This document shows positions 41,206 to 56,100 of a DNA stretch of 64,000 nt, piece by piece (within the stretch, counting starts at the first letter, position 1; every line of letters begins with the position of its first letter). The DNA comes from Eledone cirrhosa (Eukaryota): positions 51,336,001-51,400,000 of the forward strand of contig OZ024746.1 of NCBI GenBank assembly GCA_964016885.1. The letters run 5' to 3'. The translations under genes and the position numbers were made by a program. The notes beneath the pieces are model-generated. The model was not told the origin of the DNA. It saw nothing but the letters and a program-made list of their open reading frames with translations, and made no database searches.

Positions 41206-41252
41206 TGCCTTGAAAAGTCCCACCATAAGGTCGGACGAAACGGCTGTCGGCA
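41206..41252 (+). ncRNA. Hammerhead with compensatory U3-A8 core
   Basis: TGCC-TTGAAAA-GTCC caccataaggtc GGAC-GAAA-CGGCTG-TC-GGCA. Confidence 0.75.
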
Positions 41253-41613
41253 ATAAACTTGTTATAATGTCATAATAGTTCCTTTGTTCTTTTTCACTAA
41301 TATTTCTGCTCTGCTTATACGCATAGAGCTTAACTAGCTACCGTCACATATTTGGTAGGTCAGACGTGATCATCGCGATTCACATACGACCTACCATACA
41401 TCTTGCTTATATATATATATATATATATAGGAAAAAGTATGACCCCGACGGCAGAGCTCAAGCCGTTTCGACGGCTCTTTCCAGAAATAGCCGTCGAAAC
41501 GGCTTGAGCTCTGCCGTCGGGGTCATACTTTTTCCTATTTCCCACTCTACTACCCCAAGTATTGAGTACTCTGGTGCGTTATGGTCTATCTGGTTCCTTA
41601 CCACAATTCTTTC

Positions 41614-41672
<59 letters not shown>

Positions 41673-41731
41673 CAAGGCTCTGATACCATCAACACCATAA
41701 ACACAGAGCTGGAATATCTAAGAACTGAATA

Positions 41732-41787
41732 ACTGCCTGATGAGGTCATAGCCATTCAATGGCTATCATCGAAATATATATAGCAGT
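41732..41787 (+). ncRNA. Type I hammerhead (family D)
   Basis: ACTGC-CTGATGA-GGTCATAGCCA ttcaa TGGCTATCATC-GAAA-TATATA-TA-GCAGT. Confidence 0.8.
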
Positions 41788-41889
41788 AAATAAAGGATTA
41801 TGAGTTCATGCAATTGACTTATGTTTCCTCACTATATATATATATCAATGATATTAATAAATGGAATATTTAAAAAAAAAAAAAAAAAT

Positions 41890-42627
41890 TAACTTAGTGG
41901 GAGTGAAATTTTAGTAAGTAAGTTAATTTTTTAAAATTTTTTTAAAATTTTCTTATTTTACGTCTTTTATATTATTGTTCTGCATCCTCCTGCATTGAAC
42001 CACCTAGGTACTATGACATAACCTGTGTATTTGCTGGCATTAGCGTACATCTGCACGCATATGTTAGTAGATATACTAAATTATCTATATTTATCTCCAA
42101 ATCACTTGTTTGTCGAGCAAACCTGCCAAAACCACTACTAATTTTTTGGTGTGTTAGTAGGCTTCTGTCATCTTACCATCCCACTCCTACCGACTAGCCT
42201 CAGTGTCACGTGATTGATTCTTTAGAATCGGCCATTTGACCAGTGACAGCGAGATTTTCAGTGCATGGAATCCAGTCCCCGCTAGCTGTTCCATTTACCG
42301 AATTATTATTATTTTTATATGAGTCCCCAGTGTCCGCGCATTGCCTGGAGACTTAGCTGAGAATAGACCTCCCTGATGACGCAATGAATACTCAACAGTT
42401 TATTACGTAACTGTCTTTATCCCATTGCAGAAACTAATTAGTTGGAGTGAAATTTTAGTAAGTAAGTTAATTTTTTAAAATTTTTTTAAAATTTTCTTAT
42501 TTTACGTCTTTTATATTATTGTTCTGCATCCTCCTGCATTGAACCACCTAGGTACTATAACATAACCTGTGTATTTGCTGGCATTAGCGTACATCTGCAC
42601 GCATATGTTAGTAGATATACTAAATTA

Positions 42628-42630
<3 letters not shown>
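41890..42630 (+). mobile_element. Family C element, ~1.3 tandem units of ~545 bp, with HHR at 42369-42447
   Basis: CTCC-CTGATGA-CGCAATG..CATTGCA-GAAA-CTAATTAG-TT-GGAG; direct repeat 41900-42088 / 42444-42630. Confidence 0.8.
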
Positions 42631-42670
<40 letters not shown>

Positions 42671-42695
42671 GCATGTGTGTGTGTATATATATATA

Positions 42696-44202
42696 TAACT
42701 TTGATAACTTTGATAGGTTTCGGCCAGTATTGGCGAAGTCTTGGCCCACTCGAGCAGAGAGTTATTGTTTACGGAGGCATATCCGGGTGTAGGAGGCTTA
42801 TCCGGGATTTCTTGAAGGAATTTATCCAAAGACTTCTTGAACTTGATGGGGTCTGTCTCTGCTTTGATGTGTTTTGGTGTAATGTTAAAGAATGCAGGGC
42901 CAATTGAGGTGAAATAATTGTGCCGTATTGTTGTTATGTGATGCGAGTGGGATTTTTATCCTGGGCGGATAGTACGGGGCCCAAGCCTTGCGTGTACACT
43001 AAAGATGATGCCAACATCATTTGGGCTAAGCTGATGGAATATTTTCCACATCATACAGATAATGTAGCGCTCACGGCGACGTTGAAGAGAATAAAGTTTG
43101 ACCTTTTCTAATCGACCCCAATCGGCAAGCCCTGCCATGCCAACTATCTTTTTTGTAATTGAGCTTTGGGGTGCTTCAACTTTCATGATGCTTTGTTTCG
43201 TGTGGGGTGACCACAGTGGACAACAGTATTCAAGGTGGGGTCGGACAAAAGCGGAGAAGAGAAGGACAACAGTGTGGATATCTCTCGACTGGAAAGTTTT
43301 GAGAATCCAGGAACACATTCTGCGGGCCATATCAACTTTGCTGTTTATATGAGTGGCCCAGCGTATATTGTTGTCCACAATTACTCCCAGGTCTCTAATG
43401 TTATTGAAAGCCACCAGAGTTTCACCCGAAGGAAGAGAGTATGGTAGTTTCAGAGCATCCTTTTTTCCAAAGTGGATTAGTTCAAATTTATCCTCATTCA
43501 ACAGCATATTATTCATCTCTGCTCATTGGATAACAGCCAATAGGTCTGACTGAAGGCAAGTCCGGTCACCCACCTCATTGATGACCCTTTGGAGCTTGGA
43601 ATCATCTGCGAAGATTCTGATGTTACTGTGTTTGATGATGTCAGTAATGTCATTAATGTAGATGATGAAAAGAAGTGGGCCCAACACAGTGCCTTGTGGG
43701 ACGCCACTGCGAACTTTGGCAGGGCTTGATTCTACTCCTTCGACTAAAACATGCTGGGTTCTGCCTGTCAGGAAACATTTGATCCACTGTAGTAACCTTC
43801 CAGAGACACCAACATTGGATAGTTTTTTCAGTAGAATCTTATGATCAACCCTGTCGAAGGCCTTGCTGAAATCAAAGTAGATGACATCAGTGTTGGAGCC
43901 CTCTCCCAAGGCTCTCAAAACATCGTCAAAGTGATGCAGGAGCTGCGTTAGGCAGTCCCTTCCATTACAGAACCCATGTTGGTTGGAGTTCAGCAGGCCG
44001 TTGCTTTCAAGAAAGTGGATTATTCGTGATCTCACCACCCTCTCAAATACCTTGATAATATGAGAGGTGAGTGAGATCGGACGGTAGTTCACTGCAAGGG
44101 ACTTATTTCCCTTTTTGAAGACTGGGACAACGGACTGGGACAGAAAGTTTTCAGGAATATAGCCAGTGTCCAGTGAGCTCCTCCACAGATTAGCAAGAGG
44201 AG
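42696..44202 (-). mobile_element. 5'-truncated CR1-group LINE (RT pseudogene)
   Basis: PVFKKG..NYRPISLTS, DFSKAFD, SGVPQGTVLGPLLF, FADD, DLGV, VRPHLEY..WSP motifs. Stop codon at 43523; 3' tail (TATCAAAGT)2; inserted in (TA)n. Confidence 0.9.
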
Positions 44203-44326
44203 TTGTGTGTATATATATATACACAAAAATCTAATACATGTAAATGAAACCTCCTCGTTTTTTCTAATGTATACACTCTGCCTGTACATAGTACCACCAC
44301 CAGTAATTCACTGAATCACCTACACA

Positions 44327-44366
<40 letters not shown>

Positions 44367-44581
44367 CAGAATTAGCCGTCGAAACGGCTTGAGCTCAGCT
44401 GTCGGGGTCTTACTGGTTCCTATTACCCACTCTACTACCTCAAGTATTGAGTACTTTGGTGCGTTATGGTCCACCTGGTTCCTTACCACATTTCCTTCGT
44501 TATATATATATATATATATATACATACATATATATATATATATACATATATACATATATACATATATATATATATACATAT

Positions 44582-44738
<157 letters not shown>

Positions 44739-45486
44739 TAAAGTGGTCCTTCATCAGTGATCTTCCAACCATCATCGGTATTTCTTCGCTTTAAAGACCA
44801 TATACCTCCGGTTGGTGCGAGCAACGGCTAAAGAAAGTCGTTGGGACATGTAAATAAAGGGAACAGCGAGAGTGTAAACAAACAAAGATGGTGAAGCAAA
44901 GAAAAGTGAGGAAGAGCGAGTCAAGTCCAAAAATTTACATGAATATAAGTTCGGTGAAATCGTGAACGAGAGAGAATAAAGACCATCAAACCTGGTTGAA
45001 ATGTGAGCAAGGAAGGAATTTCGCACAGGTCTAACGGGAGGAAGAAGGGGTCTAGTCTGTGAATTCGGTAAACATAAGTTCTGTGAAATCGTAGACGAGA
45101 GAGAGAAAAAATGCCGACCGGCCTGGCCAAGCGTGCGAAAGAAAAGAATTACGTACAGGTCAAACGGGAAGAAGGAGGAGGAGGAGAGGTAGTAACAGAG
45201 AGTGAGTGAGTGAAGGGTGAGGAAGAGGCTAACAGAGAGAGTGACTGTTAGAGAGGGTAAAGATACAGAGAAAGAGGAAGCAGTATATACATATATACAT
45301 ATATATATATATATAAAAATGACTGCTATTTTTTTAGCAGCCAAGCCATCAACAAGTCTGTAATATTCCCGCTTGCTCTAGTGGCCAGGTCACGTATGGG
45401 TCACTTTAACGGCTATAACTCATAAGAGCTGGTAGTTAGTATTATATTTGCGGACCATGGGACGTATGTCCTATAGAAAGGAAATA

Positions 45487-45565
45487 GCTATCTGATGAAA
45501 TCTACTTTCCGTTGGAAATTCTCTGAATTTCCAATCTTTTGTGGATGGAAACCGCCGGTAATATC
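45487..45565 (+). ncRNA. Type I hammerhead with long helix II
   Basis: GCTAT-CTGATGA-AATCTAC..TTGGAAATTC tct GAATTTCCAA..GTGGATG-GAAA-CCGCCGG-TA-ATATC. Confidence 0.65.
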
Positions 45566-45643
45566 ATTATGAACAGGTAGATATTTAAATTATTTTTTCA
45601 TTTATTTAAAGGATTGTTTAATGTTTGTTTGTTCTGCTCATCA

Positions 45644-45692
<49 letters not shown>

Positions 45693-45695
<3 letters not shown>

Positions 45696-46310
45696 GGAAA
45701 AAATGAAACGAAATTTCATTTCCCACTCTTAGTAGGGCTGTTACTTAAATATAAGTATGTACACGTACATACATATATGTATACAGACGTACAGTAGTAT
45801 GTATATATATATATACATACATGCACACATATATATATGTACGTATGGATTCACCGAACATTTATTATAATGCTCGGTGTGCTTGTAAACAAACATCCCG
45901 TATTAAGCCGTAGTGTCCAGCAACCATCGTTGCTCGTTTGTTCAACACTGACAAAGGAACGCTGTACTAGTTTCAAGTTTATTAGCTATCGTCAGCAACG
46001 TATACCTTCCTGCCAGATTGTTGAACGTATATACTTACCTTATGCATATTAACGGCTGAGTAGCCCAATTTGCATATCGAGTGGGTTAATCAGCCGGGTG
46101 CACCGAAAACGATAAATGGAAAAAATGAAACGAAATTTCATTTCCCACTCTTAGTACGGGTGTTACTTAAATATAAGTATGTACACGTACATACATATAT
46201 GTATACAGACGTACAGTAGTATGTATATATATATATACATACTACCGAGCATTATAATAAATGTTCGGTGAATCCATATGTACATATATATATGTGTGCA
46301 TGTATGTATA
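45693..46310 (-). mobile_element. Family G element, ~1.3 units of ~423 bp plus a short inversion, HHR at 45959-46001
   Basis: Direct repeat 45695-45820 / 46118-46240; HHR ACGTTG-CTGACGA..GAAA-CTAG-TA-CAGCGT. Confidence 0.75.
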
Positions 46311-46315
46311 TATAT

Positions 46316-47575
<1,260 letters not shown>

Positions 47576-47824
47576 ATATTTGGGGAGGGTCATATTTGCG
47601 TAATATTGCCAGAATTAATAACAGAACACACTCACTGTTTGGTTGGTTTTCGCTTCTCGCTGTCTTTTATATATATATATCTGCGATCTAACTTACTCGG
47701 TCCTCAATGTTGCCATTGACTGACCGGCGGTCAAAAATAATACAGATACAATATAGACAAACACATATATATATAGTTTACATAATTTACATAAATCTTT
47801 CGTTGCACATCTGCAACATCGTCA

Positions 47825-50065
47825 GTGGTGTTATATTCATTGTTCCTCCTGTTGTGTTGTATGTCTACGCCATTAAAACCTGTAGAAGGCTTGGTTAGCC
47901 TCAAGCAGCGCACAAGGGATGGTGAGGTAGTGTGTCTACCCACAGATATGTCTGGTAGGATGTCAATAGATAGCATGCCGAACTACATCGAGGCAATGCA
48001 ACCCCACATCACCAACACGAGCGAAGTTGCACAACTAACACACGATGGGAGAGAAAAAATCCTCAACGCTCACATGATGATGTGGACTGACATCTTAAAG
48101 CCAAGCAGACGCACTGCCAACAACTTCCAGGCGTCTAACAATGGCATACCACCCTTGTATGGGCTCCGCAAAGACCACAAGACAGTCGACGACCCGACAA
48201 TAGGACCACCAACAAGACCCGTATGCGGAGCTAATATAGCTAGCAACTACAGGATCTCCTACTTCCTCTCAATGGTTATACGCCCCATAATCAAGATGTC
48301 CCCAGATGTATGTGAAAGTACAGAGGACCTCCTCAGCAGAATCAGTGAGTGCAACAAAAACAGGAGCCTATCCAACTGCATAATAGGCAGCATGGATGTG
48401 GTGTCACTGTACCCATCCATTAACATTGATTTTGCTGTGAAAAGATGTGTGGAGATGATCATTGAGAGTGAGGTGGAGTTCTTCGACGTCGACACAGACG
48501 AACTGGGCCTCCTACTTAGACTTACCTACGACACTGACTACCTAGACAGCCATGACCTTAGATGTTTCTGCCCTAGTAGACCTATAAGAGGTAGACCCCC
48601 CACCATAACCTCAATGGCTAAAAAGACTCCCATAGGAAGGTGGATTGGGTGGACCAAAGCTATACGGACCCCCCAAAACACTGATCAGGTAAGAAAAATG
48701 GTCGCACATGCAATAGGGGCTAGTATCAAAACTACCCTAAAGGGCCACATATTTAAGTTCAATGAGAAAATCTACACCCAAAATGAGGGAGCAGCCATCG
48801 GCGTCAGCATAGCTGGTGATGTTGCCAACCTTTTCATGGTATGGTGGGAAAGGAGACTTAAAGATCTCCTTAATGAAAGCTCCATAGACCTCATCATGTA
48901 CTCTCGTTATGTAGACGATATCAATATAGTTATAAGAACACCCCCACTAGAGAGCACTAACAAGTTTGATTTAGAACGTAGCACGATGGAAAGCATCCAG
49001 CAGATAGCTAATTCCATACACCAGAGTATAACTGTAACTATAGACTTCCCTTCCAAACACCCTAACAATAGACTACCTGTATTAGACACAGAACTCTGGA
49101 TTAACACTATAGACGAGAGAGCCCAAATTCTCCACTCACACTATGCTAAACCCATGGCCTCCAAATACCTGATACTCAAAAACTCAGCAATGTCCAGTAG
49201 TGCTAAGTTTAATATTCTGATCGCAGATTTGGTACGAGTGATGAAGAATGTGTCCAGCATGTGCGACCCAACAGAAATGGAAGGACACATCCAACACTTG
49301 ATCAACCGCATGCAGTTCTCTGGCTACAACCAAAGAGACAGAGTCAGAGTATACGAAGGAGCCATGGAAAAGTATAAGACCCTCATAGAACTGGACATGA
49401 AAGGAATTTGCCCACTATACAGGAGCAAATCATGGAATAGCTTAGATAGGGCTAGACATAAGATAGGGAAGGCCACATCATGGTACGACAACCAGAGATA
49501 TCAGAGTGTCATGTTTGTGGACGCCACCCCTGGAGGGAAATTAGCTAACCAGTGTAGAAAGGCCCTGAGAAAGACCCACTTAAAAATAAAGGTGGTAGAA
49601 AAGCCAGGAACCACCATAAAATCCCTGATCATCAAAACCTACCCTTTTAAGAAAACCCACTGTACCAATAGGAAATGTATCATATGTAAGGTGAACCCCC
49701 GGATAAACTGTAAAACTAGAAACGTAGTCTATAGCATAAGATCTACAGAGGGTACTTGCAGAAACACGACAACAACATACATAGGTGAGACAGCTCGTAG
49801 CATAGGTGACAGGATAGACCAACACTGGGGGGAACTAAAAGGACGAAAAAACGGGTCAGTACTATACGAACATGCTAGACAACAACATGACGGTAACATA
49901 GACAACATAGAAATTAGAATAATATCTAAACATAGGATTGACCCAGCAGATAGGCAAATCAGAGAGGCCAGTGAAATAGAAATTAGAAGACCAAAGCTAA
50001 ACAGAAAGAATGAGTGGAACAACAACAACACCCAAACAAACAACACTGACCTAAGAGAAGTATAA
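47825..50065 (+). CDS. PLE reverse transcriptase + GIY-YIG endonuclease (746-aa ORF; the first ~17 codons come from the inverted repeat)
   Basis: PTDMSGR, PPLYGLRKDHK, PTRPV, SMDVVSLYPSI, QNEGAAIG, YSRYVDDI, LPVLD, HYAKP; CxxxxCxxC linker; NVVYSI..YIGETARS..R..QH..EH..RQIRE..LN. A long insertion follows RT motif 3. Confidence 0.93.
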   Translation: MVLYSLFLLLCCMSTPLKPVEGLVSLKQRTRDGEVVCLPTDMSGRMSIDSMPNYIEAMQPHITNTSEVAQLTHDGREKILNAHMMMWTDILKPSRRTANNFQASNNGIPPLYGLRKDHKTVDDPTIGPPTRPVCGANIASNYRISYFLSMVIRPIIKMSPDVCESTEDLLSRISECNKNRSLSNCIIGSMDVVSLYPSINIDFAVKRCVEMIIESEVEFFDVDTDELGLLLRLTYDTDYLDSHDLRCFCPSRPIRGRPPTITSMAKKTPIGRWIGWTKAIRTPQNTDQVRKMVAHAIGASIKTTLKGHIFKFNEKIYTQNEGAAIGVSIAGDVANLFMVWWERRLKDLLNESSIDLIMYSRYVDDINIVIRTPPLESTNKFDLERSTMESIQQIANSIHQSITVTIDFPSKHPNNRLPVLDTELWINTIDERAQILHSHYAKPMASKYLILKNSAMSSSAKFNILIADLVRVMKNVSSMCDPTEMEGHIQHLINRMQFSGYNQRDRVRVYEGAMEKYKTLIELDMKGICPLYRSKSWNSLDRARHKIGKATSWYDNQRYQSVMFVDATPGGKLANQCRKALRKTHLKIKVVEKPGTTIKSLIIKTYPFKKTHCTNRKCIICKVNPRINCKTRNVVYSIRSTEGTCRNTTTTYIGETARSIGDRIDQHWGELKGRKNGSVLYEHARQQHDGNIDNIEIRIISKHRIDPADRQIREASEIEIRRPKLNRKNEWNNNNTQTNNTDLREV

Positions 50066-50332
50066 ATAAATAAGTAAATTAAATTAAATAAAATAAGATA
50101 AATAAATACATACACAAGCACATAAACACACACTAGTCACCCAGCAGACACAACACTATACACACTAGTCACACATCACACATAACACTATACACACACG
50201 CAAACGCATGCGCAAAGAAGACAAAATAAAATAAGATAAACAAACAAGCAAATAAATAAATAAATATATAGACAGACTGAACAAAAAAAAAATGGCGTAG
50301 ACATACAACACAACAGGAGGAACAATGAATAT

Positions 50333-50405
50333 AACACCACTGACGATGTTGCAGATGTGCAACGAAAGATTTATGTAAATTATGTAAACTATATATATAT
50401 GTGTT
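50333..50405 (+). ncRNA. Hammerhead in the PLE pseudo-LTR (mirror copy ~47757-47832 on -)
   Basis: CTGACGA-T-GTTGCA gatg TGCAAC-GAAA-G(A)TTTATGTA aat TATGTAAA-C-TA. Helix I is weak; helix II covaries with the relative at ~25800. Confidence 0.6.
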
Positions 50406-50653
50406 TGTCTATATTGTATCTGTATTATTTTTGACCGCCGGTCAGTCAATGGCAACATTGAGGACCGAGTAAGTTAGATCGCAGATATATATATATATAA
50501 AAGACAGCGAGAAGCGAAAACCAACCAAACAGTGAGTGTGTTCTGTTATTAATTCTGGCAATATTACGCAAATATGACCCTCCCCAAATATAACAATATC
50601 TGTTTCGACACACGATTTCATATAAAAAACCTCGCAAAACTAATTCATCGCCG

Positions 50654-50700
<47 letters not shown>

Positions 50701-51699
50701 CCGGGCGCACGAGTAGAAGGACGTTTTTATTGCCTGCGGCATATCACAAAATCAGACTTTCCTCTGAAGATACCGTTCTCATAACAATAACAAATTCATA
50801 AATTACATCTTGGTTTACATAAAAGAACCATTGAAATAATTATGAATTAACGATTTATGTAACATCAGCATCTTTCTTTATGTTACTTTTATATATATAT
50901 ATAATTGCTAAAATGTTGGCATAAGAATAATCGCTTATATTTGTATTATGTAGAGAGGAATATTTGAAAGTGTTTACACTTTATTATGTACTATGGTTAG
51001 GGTTAGGGTTAAGGTTAGGGTTAGGGTTACATAAATAAATAAATAATAAATAAAGAAAGAAAGAAAGCATTATGTACTAGGGTTGGCTGATTATGGAATG
51101 ATGCTAGATCCGCGAAATCTTGCATGCATTAATTTCAACTCTTCTTATTAATTACTGCATTGTTTTTTTTTTCCAGGGACTATGTTGAAAGATAAACCTC
51201 ATTTCGTCATTCCATGAGAGTATATTGGTCAGCCTATGAACACACCGTATATATGAAGTTTCAAGTAAACCTAAGTTAGATGCAATTATAGATTTTGAAT
51301 TGAAGCTTTGGCTGTGAGAAGAATATATACGTACGCTTCTAATGAAAGTTTATACTTTTCAGCCGGCCCATGTATATAGAAACTAGTTTAGGGTTGGAAA
51401 ATCTAGGAAATTATATTTTTTGCCTATAAACCATTCAGTCGACTCTCGTATATATAAACTCATTTAGGATTTGCTATTTAATGTCGGCATCAGTGATTTG
51501 AGAGGGATTAGGCTTTTGTTTCTAGCAAATTGTGTATTCATGTAGACTCACATCAGAAAGAAATTTAATAAAGGTTGAACAATTAATGATAGAATTAAAA
51601 ATTAATTAGGAATGGATATCTGAAATATATTAATTGTGGTTTGTAGATGTGTGTGTAGGGGGGGGGGGGTAATGATAGTGGAGGCAAAAAGATTGGGAG

Positions 51700-51771
51700 T
51701 AGGGGGAGAGAGGGAGGAGAGAGGGGAAGAGAGAGAGATAGATAGATAGAGAGAAAGATAGAGAGAGAAGG

Positions 51772-51811
<40 letters not shown>

Positions 51812-52020
51812 TGGAGAGAGAGATAAGGAGAGAGAGATAAAGAGATAGAGAGAGATGGAGAGAGAGAGACAGAGAGGGAGAGTGAGAGAGAGATAGAGAG
51901 AGAGAAATAAGGAGAGGGAGAGAGAGAGGGAGAGAGATGGAGAGAGAATAGATAGATAGAGAGAAAGATAGAGAGAGAGAGAGATATGGAGGGAGAGACA
52001 GAGATAGAGAGTGAGAGAGA

Positions 52021-52097
<77 letters not shown>

Positions 52098-52455
52098 GGA
52101 GAGGGAGAGAGAGAGGGAGAGAGATGGAGAGAGAATAGATAGATAGAGAGAAAGATAGAGAGAGAGAGAGATATGGAGGGAGAGACAGAGATANNNNNNN
52201 NNNNNNNNNNNNNNNNNNNNNNNNNNNNNNNNNNNNNNNNNNNNNNNNNNNNNNNNNNNNNNNNNNNNNNNNNNNNNNNNNNNNNNNNNNNNNNNNNNNN
52301 NNNNNNNNNNNNNNNNNNNNNNNNNNNNNNNNNNNNNNNNNNNNNNNNNNNNNNNNNNNNNNNNNNNNNNNNNNNNNNNNNNNNNNNNNNNNNGGTGCAG
52401 GAGACTACAAAAGGGTGGACAGTAAAAATATAGTTGGGTATAAGGGAGGAGTATA

Positions 52456-52535
<80 letters not shown>

Positions 52536-52555
52536 GAGAGAGGGCGAGAGAGAGA
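51700..52555. repeat. (GA)n/(GATA)-rich repeat spanning a 200-N assembly gap (52194-52393)
   Basis: Read directly from the sequence. Confidence 0.95.
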
Positions 52556-52678
52556 CCAGGGAAAGAATAGGAAGTAATTGAGAGGGAGGGTAGAGGAAAG
52601 GGTTAGAGAAGAAGGGGTTGTAATAATCAATGATGCAATTGAAAAGTATATTTGAACCATTCTAAATAATTCGTTTTG

Positions 52679-52736
<58 letters not shown>

Positions 52737-52931
52737 TCATATGATTATATATATCTATATATCTATATCTCTCTCTATATATATATATAATTATATGATT
52801 ATATGTATATATTTATGCATATACATATTATTTTACAATTATACTCAACCACGCACTAACGTATTCACACAGATACGCATATAAATATAGATAAATCGAA
52901 GAAAGTTACATGAATATATATATACATATAA

Positions 52932-53014
<83 letters not shown>

Positions 53015-53015
53015 A

Positions 53016-53046
<31 letters not shown>

Positions 53047-53250
53047 ACGAAGGAAATGTGGTAAGGAACCAGGTGGACCATAACGCACCAAATTACTCAA
53101 TACTTAGGGTAGTAGAGTGGGTAATAGGAACAAATAAGACCCCGACGGCTGAGCTCAAGCCGTTTCGACGGCTAATTCTGTACTGAATACATGCAGTACA
53201 GAATTAGCCGTCGAAACGGCTTGAGCTCAGCCGTCGGGGTCTTATTTGTT

Positions 53251-53352
<102 letters not shown>

Positions 53353-54660
53353 ATATATATATATATATATTGCGGTATTAGTATATCATTTTCTCCATGA
53401 AAGCGTGGGTGATAGTTGCATATCTGAATTAATATATTTCATTTCGCCAGAGAAACTTGCTCCAGTTAAGCTCACACAAGGATATACTCTAGCAATATAG
53501 AAAGGTTTTCTTTTTTTATATATTTAACTTTAGTTTAATAATGAAAATCTAACAATGGGAAAAAAGAATCAGCCGAGATTGGCGCCTAGTTGGTGTAGAC
53601 TAAGAAATTTGAAATTAGAGGTCGATAGTGGATAGAGTTAATTTTTTTTCTCATATATTAATTCGAATTAATTATAAACTTTATAGAAATTAATATATAT
53701 GTATCAGGGGCGAAGGGTCCTTGCATGCAACGAATGCAGTGTATGCGTTATAGAATCTTGAGTTGATCAATTGCGTCGGTTGAAGCAAGCAGAATTTTGG
53801 CTGCTTACGTATAGACACAAAAAAGATAACACACACACACACACATACACATACACACAAACACACGATAGCTTTGGGGCAAGCAGAATTTTGACTGCTT
53901 ACTAAATCGTAGACACATAAAAAGATAATACACACACACACCAGATAACACTACATGCGGCTTTGACCGGGAGGGTCATTTAGACGGAATTGGGTGGGGG
54001 TGGGGTGGAGGGTAAGGCTGCACAGCCCCACTTTCCGCCATGGTGATTGGACTGCATGCCCTGCTTTCCAGGTTACCCTTCGCCACTGATATGTATGTAT
54101 ATATATGTGTGGGTGTGTGTATGGAAGTATGTATGTATGTGTGTATGTGTATGTATGAACGTACGTATGTGTGTATGTGTGTGTATGTGTGGGTGTGTGG
54201 GTGTGTGTGTGTGTGTATGTATGTATGTGTGCGAGTGTGTATGTATGTGTGCATGTATGTATGTGTGTATATGTGTGTGTATGTATGTATGTGTGTATGT
54301 ATGTATGTATGTATGTATGTATGTGTGTGTGTGTATGTATGTATATGTGCATGTATGTTTGACTGTATTAATTTATGTATATATATATATAATTATGTGT
54401 GTATGTATATTTGAAGGTATATATGCATGTATTTATGAATGTATGTATGAATGTATGTATGTATATCTCTATATATGTATGTGTGTATACATGTTTGAAT
54501 GTATGTATGCATGTCTATCTGTCTGTTTGTTTATTTGTATGTATGTATATATGTAGATATGTATGTACCTATGTATGTATATAAGTATGTATGTGTGTAT
54601 GTCAAAACCTGTCAAAGGGAAAAGGAGCTCTTAAGAGTCAATGGCCATCCCAAATCACCG

Positions 54661-55591
54661 GGAGAGATGACCCCTTAGCCTTTGTCAAGACAGAATTCTA
54701 GGAGAAGGAAAACTCTGATATAACACCTGCAACCCTGATGGTATCCAATGATGTTGACTTGTTCTTCTTTTTGGTAAATATCATCTTGGTTAAGAGAGTG
54801 GGACTGGCTTTGTGCAGTGCCTTTGCTCACTATAAAAGCTTCACGGCACAGGCATTGCTTTATATCTGGAGATCTCTCTGCACTTGTCGTCACATGGTAC
54901 CATGGGCTCAGCACTATGTGTCAATAATTGTCACAAGTGTAGTGTTTGTACCAGAGTTTTCAAGTCGCTGGCTGGACTAAAAAGTCACACACGTTCAGCC
55001 CATTGGTAGGGGTTCTCCTACATGGATATAAAGTAGTGGCCGTACTCGAAAGCGAGTTGGCAGCCACCATGTATATATATATGTATGTATATATATATAT
55101 ATGTATATATATGTATATGTATGTATATATCTATATGTGTGTATGTATGTATATATGTATATATATATATATGTATATATATAACTCTGATATAACATCT
55201 GCAACTCTGATGGTATCCAATGATGTTGACTTGTTCTTCTTTTTGGTAAATATCATCTTGGTTAAGAGAGTGGGACTAGCTTTGTGCAGTGCCTTTGCTC
55301 ACTATAAAAGCTTCAGGGCACAGGCATTGCTTTATATCTGGAGATCTCTCTGCACTTGTCGTCACATGGTATCATGGGCCCAGCACTATGTATCAATAAT
55401 TGTCACAAGTGTAGTGTTTGTACCAGAGTTTTCAAGTCGCTGGCTGGACTAAAAAGTCACACTCGTTCAGCGCATCGGTAGGGGTTCTCCTACATGGATA
55501 TAAAGTAGTGGCCGTACTCGAAAACGAGTTGGCAGCCACCATGTATGTATGTATGTATGTATGTATGTATGTATGTATGTATGTATGTATG

Positions 55592-55625
<34 letters not shown>

Positions 55626-56100
55626 TGTATGTATGTATGTATGTATGTGTATATGTATGCATGTACGTTTTTATGTATATATGTATGTATGGGAGAGATG
55701 ACCCCTTAGCCTTTGTCAAGGCAGAATTCTAGGTGAAGGAAAACTCAGATATAACACCTGCAACCCTGATGGTATCCAATGATGTTGACTTGTTCTTCTT
55801 TTTGGTAAATATCATCTTGGTTAAGAGAGTGGGACTGGCTTTGTGCAGTGCCTTTGCTCACTATAAAAGCTTCAGGGCACAGGCATTGCTTTATATCTGG
55901 AGATCTCTCTGCACTTGTCGTCACATGGTATCATGGGCCCAGCACTATGTATCAATAATTGTCACAAGTGTAGTGTTTGTACCAGTGTTTTCAAGTCGCT
56001 GGCTGGACTAAAAAGTCACACTCGTTCAGCGCATCGGTAGAGGTCCTCCTATATGGATATAAAGTAGTGGCCGCACTCGAAAACGAGTTGGCAGTCACCA
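54661..56100 (+). mobile_element. Three tandem copies of a ~360-410-bp SINE-like unit, each ending in (ATGT)n/(AT)n
   Basis: Copies at 54661-55069, 55183-55540 and 55691-56100; CTAGGAGAAGGAAAACTC resembles an RTE-related SINE segment. Diverged relatives at 38290-38505 and 56460-56690. Confidence 0.6.

Noticed and set aside
50995-51028. (TTAGGG)~5 as a telomere
   Set aside because: Short, imperfect and interstitial.
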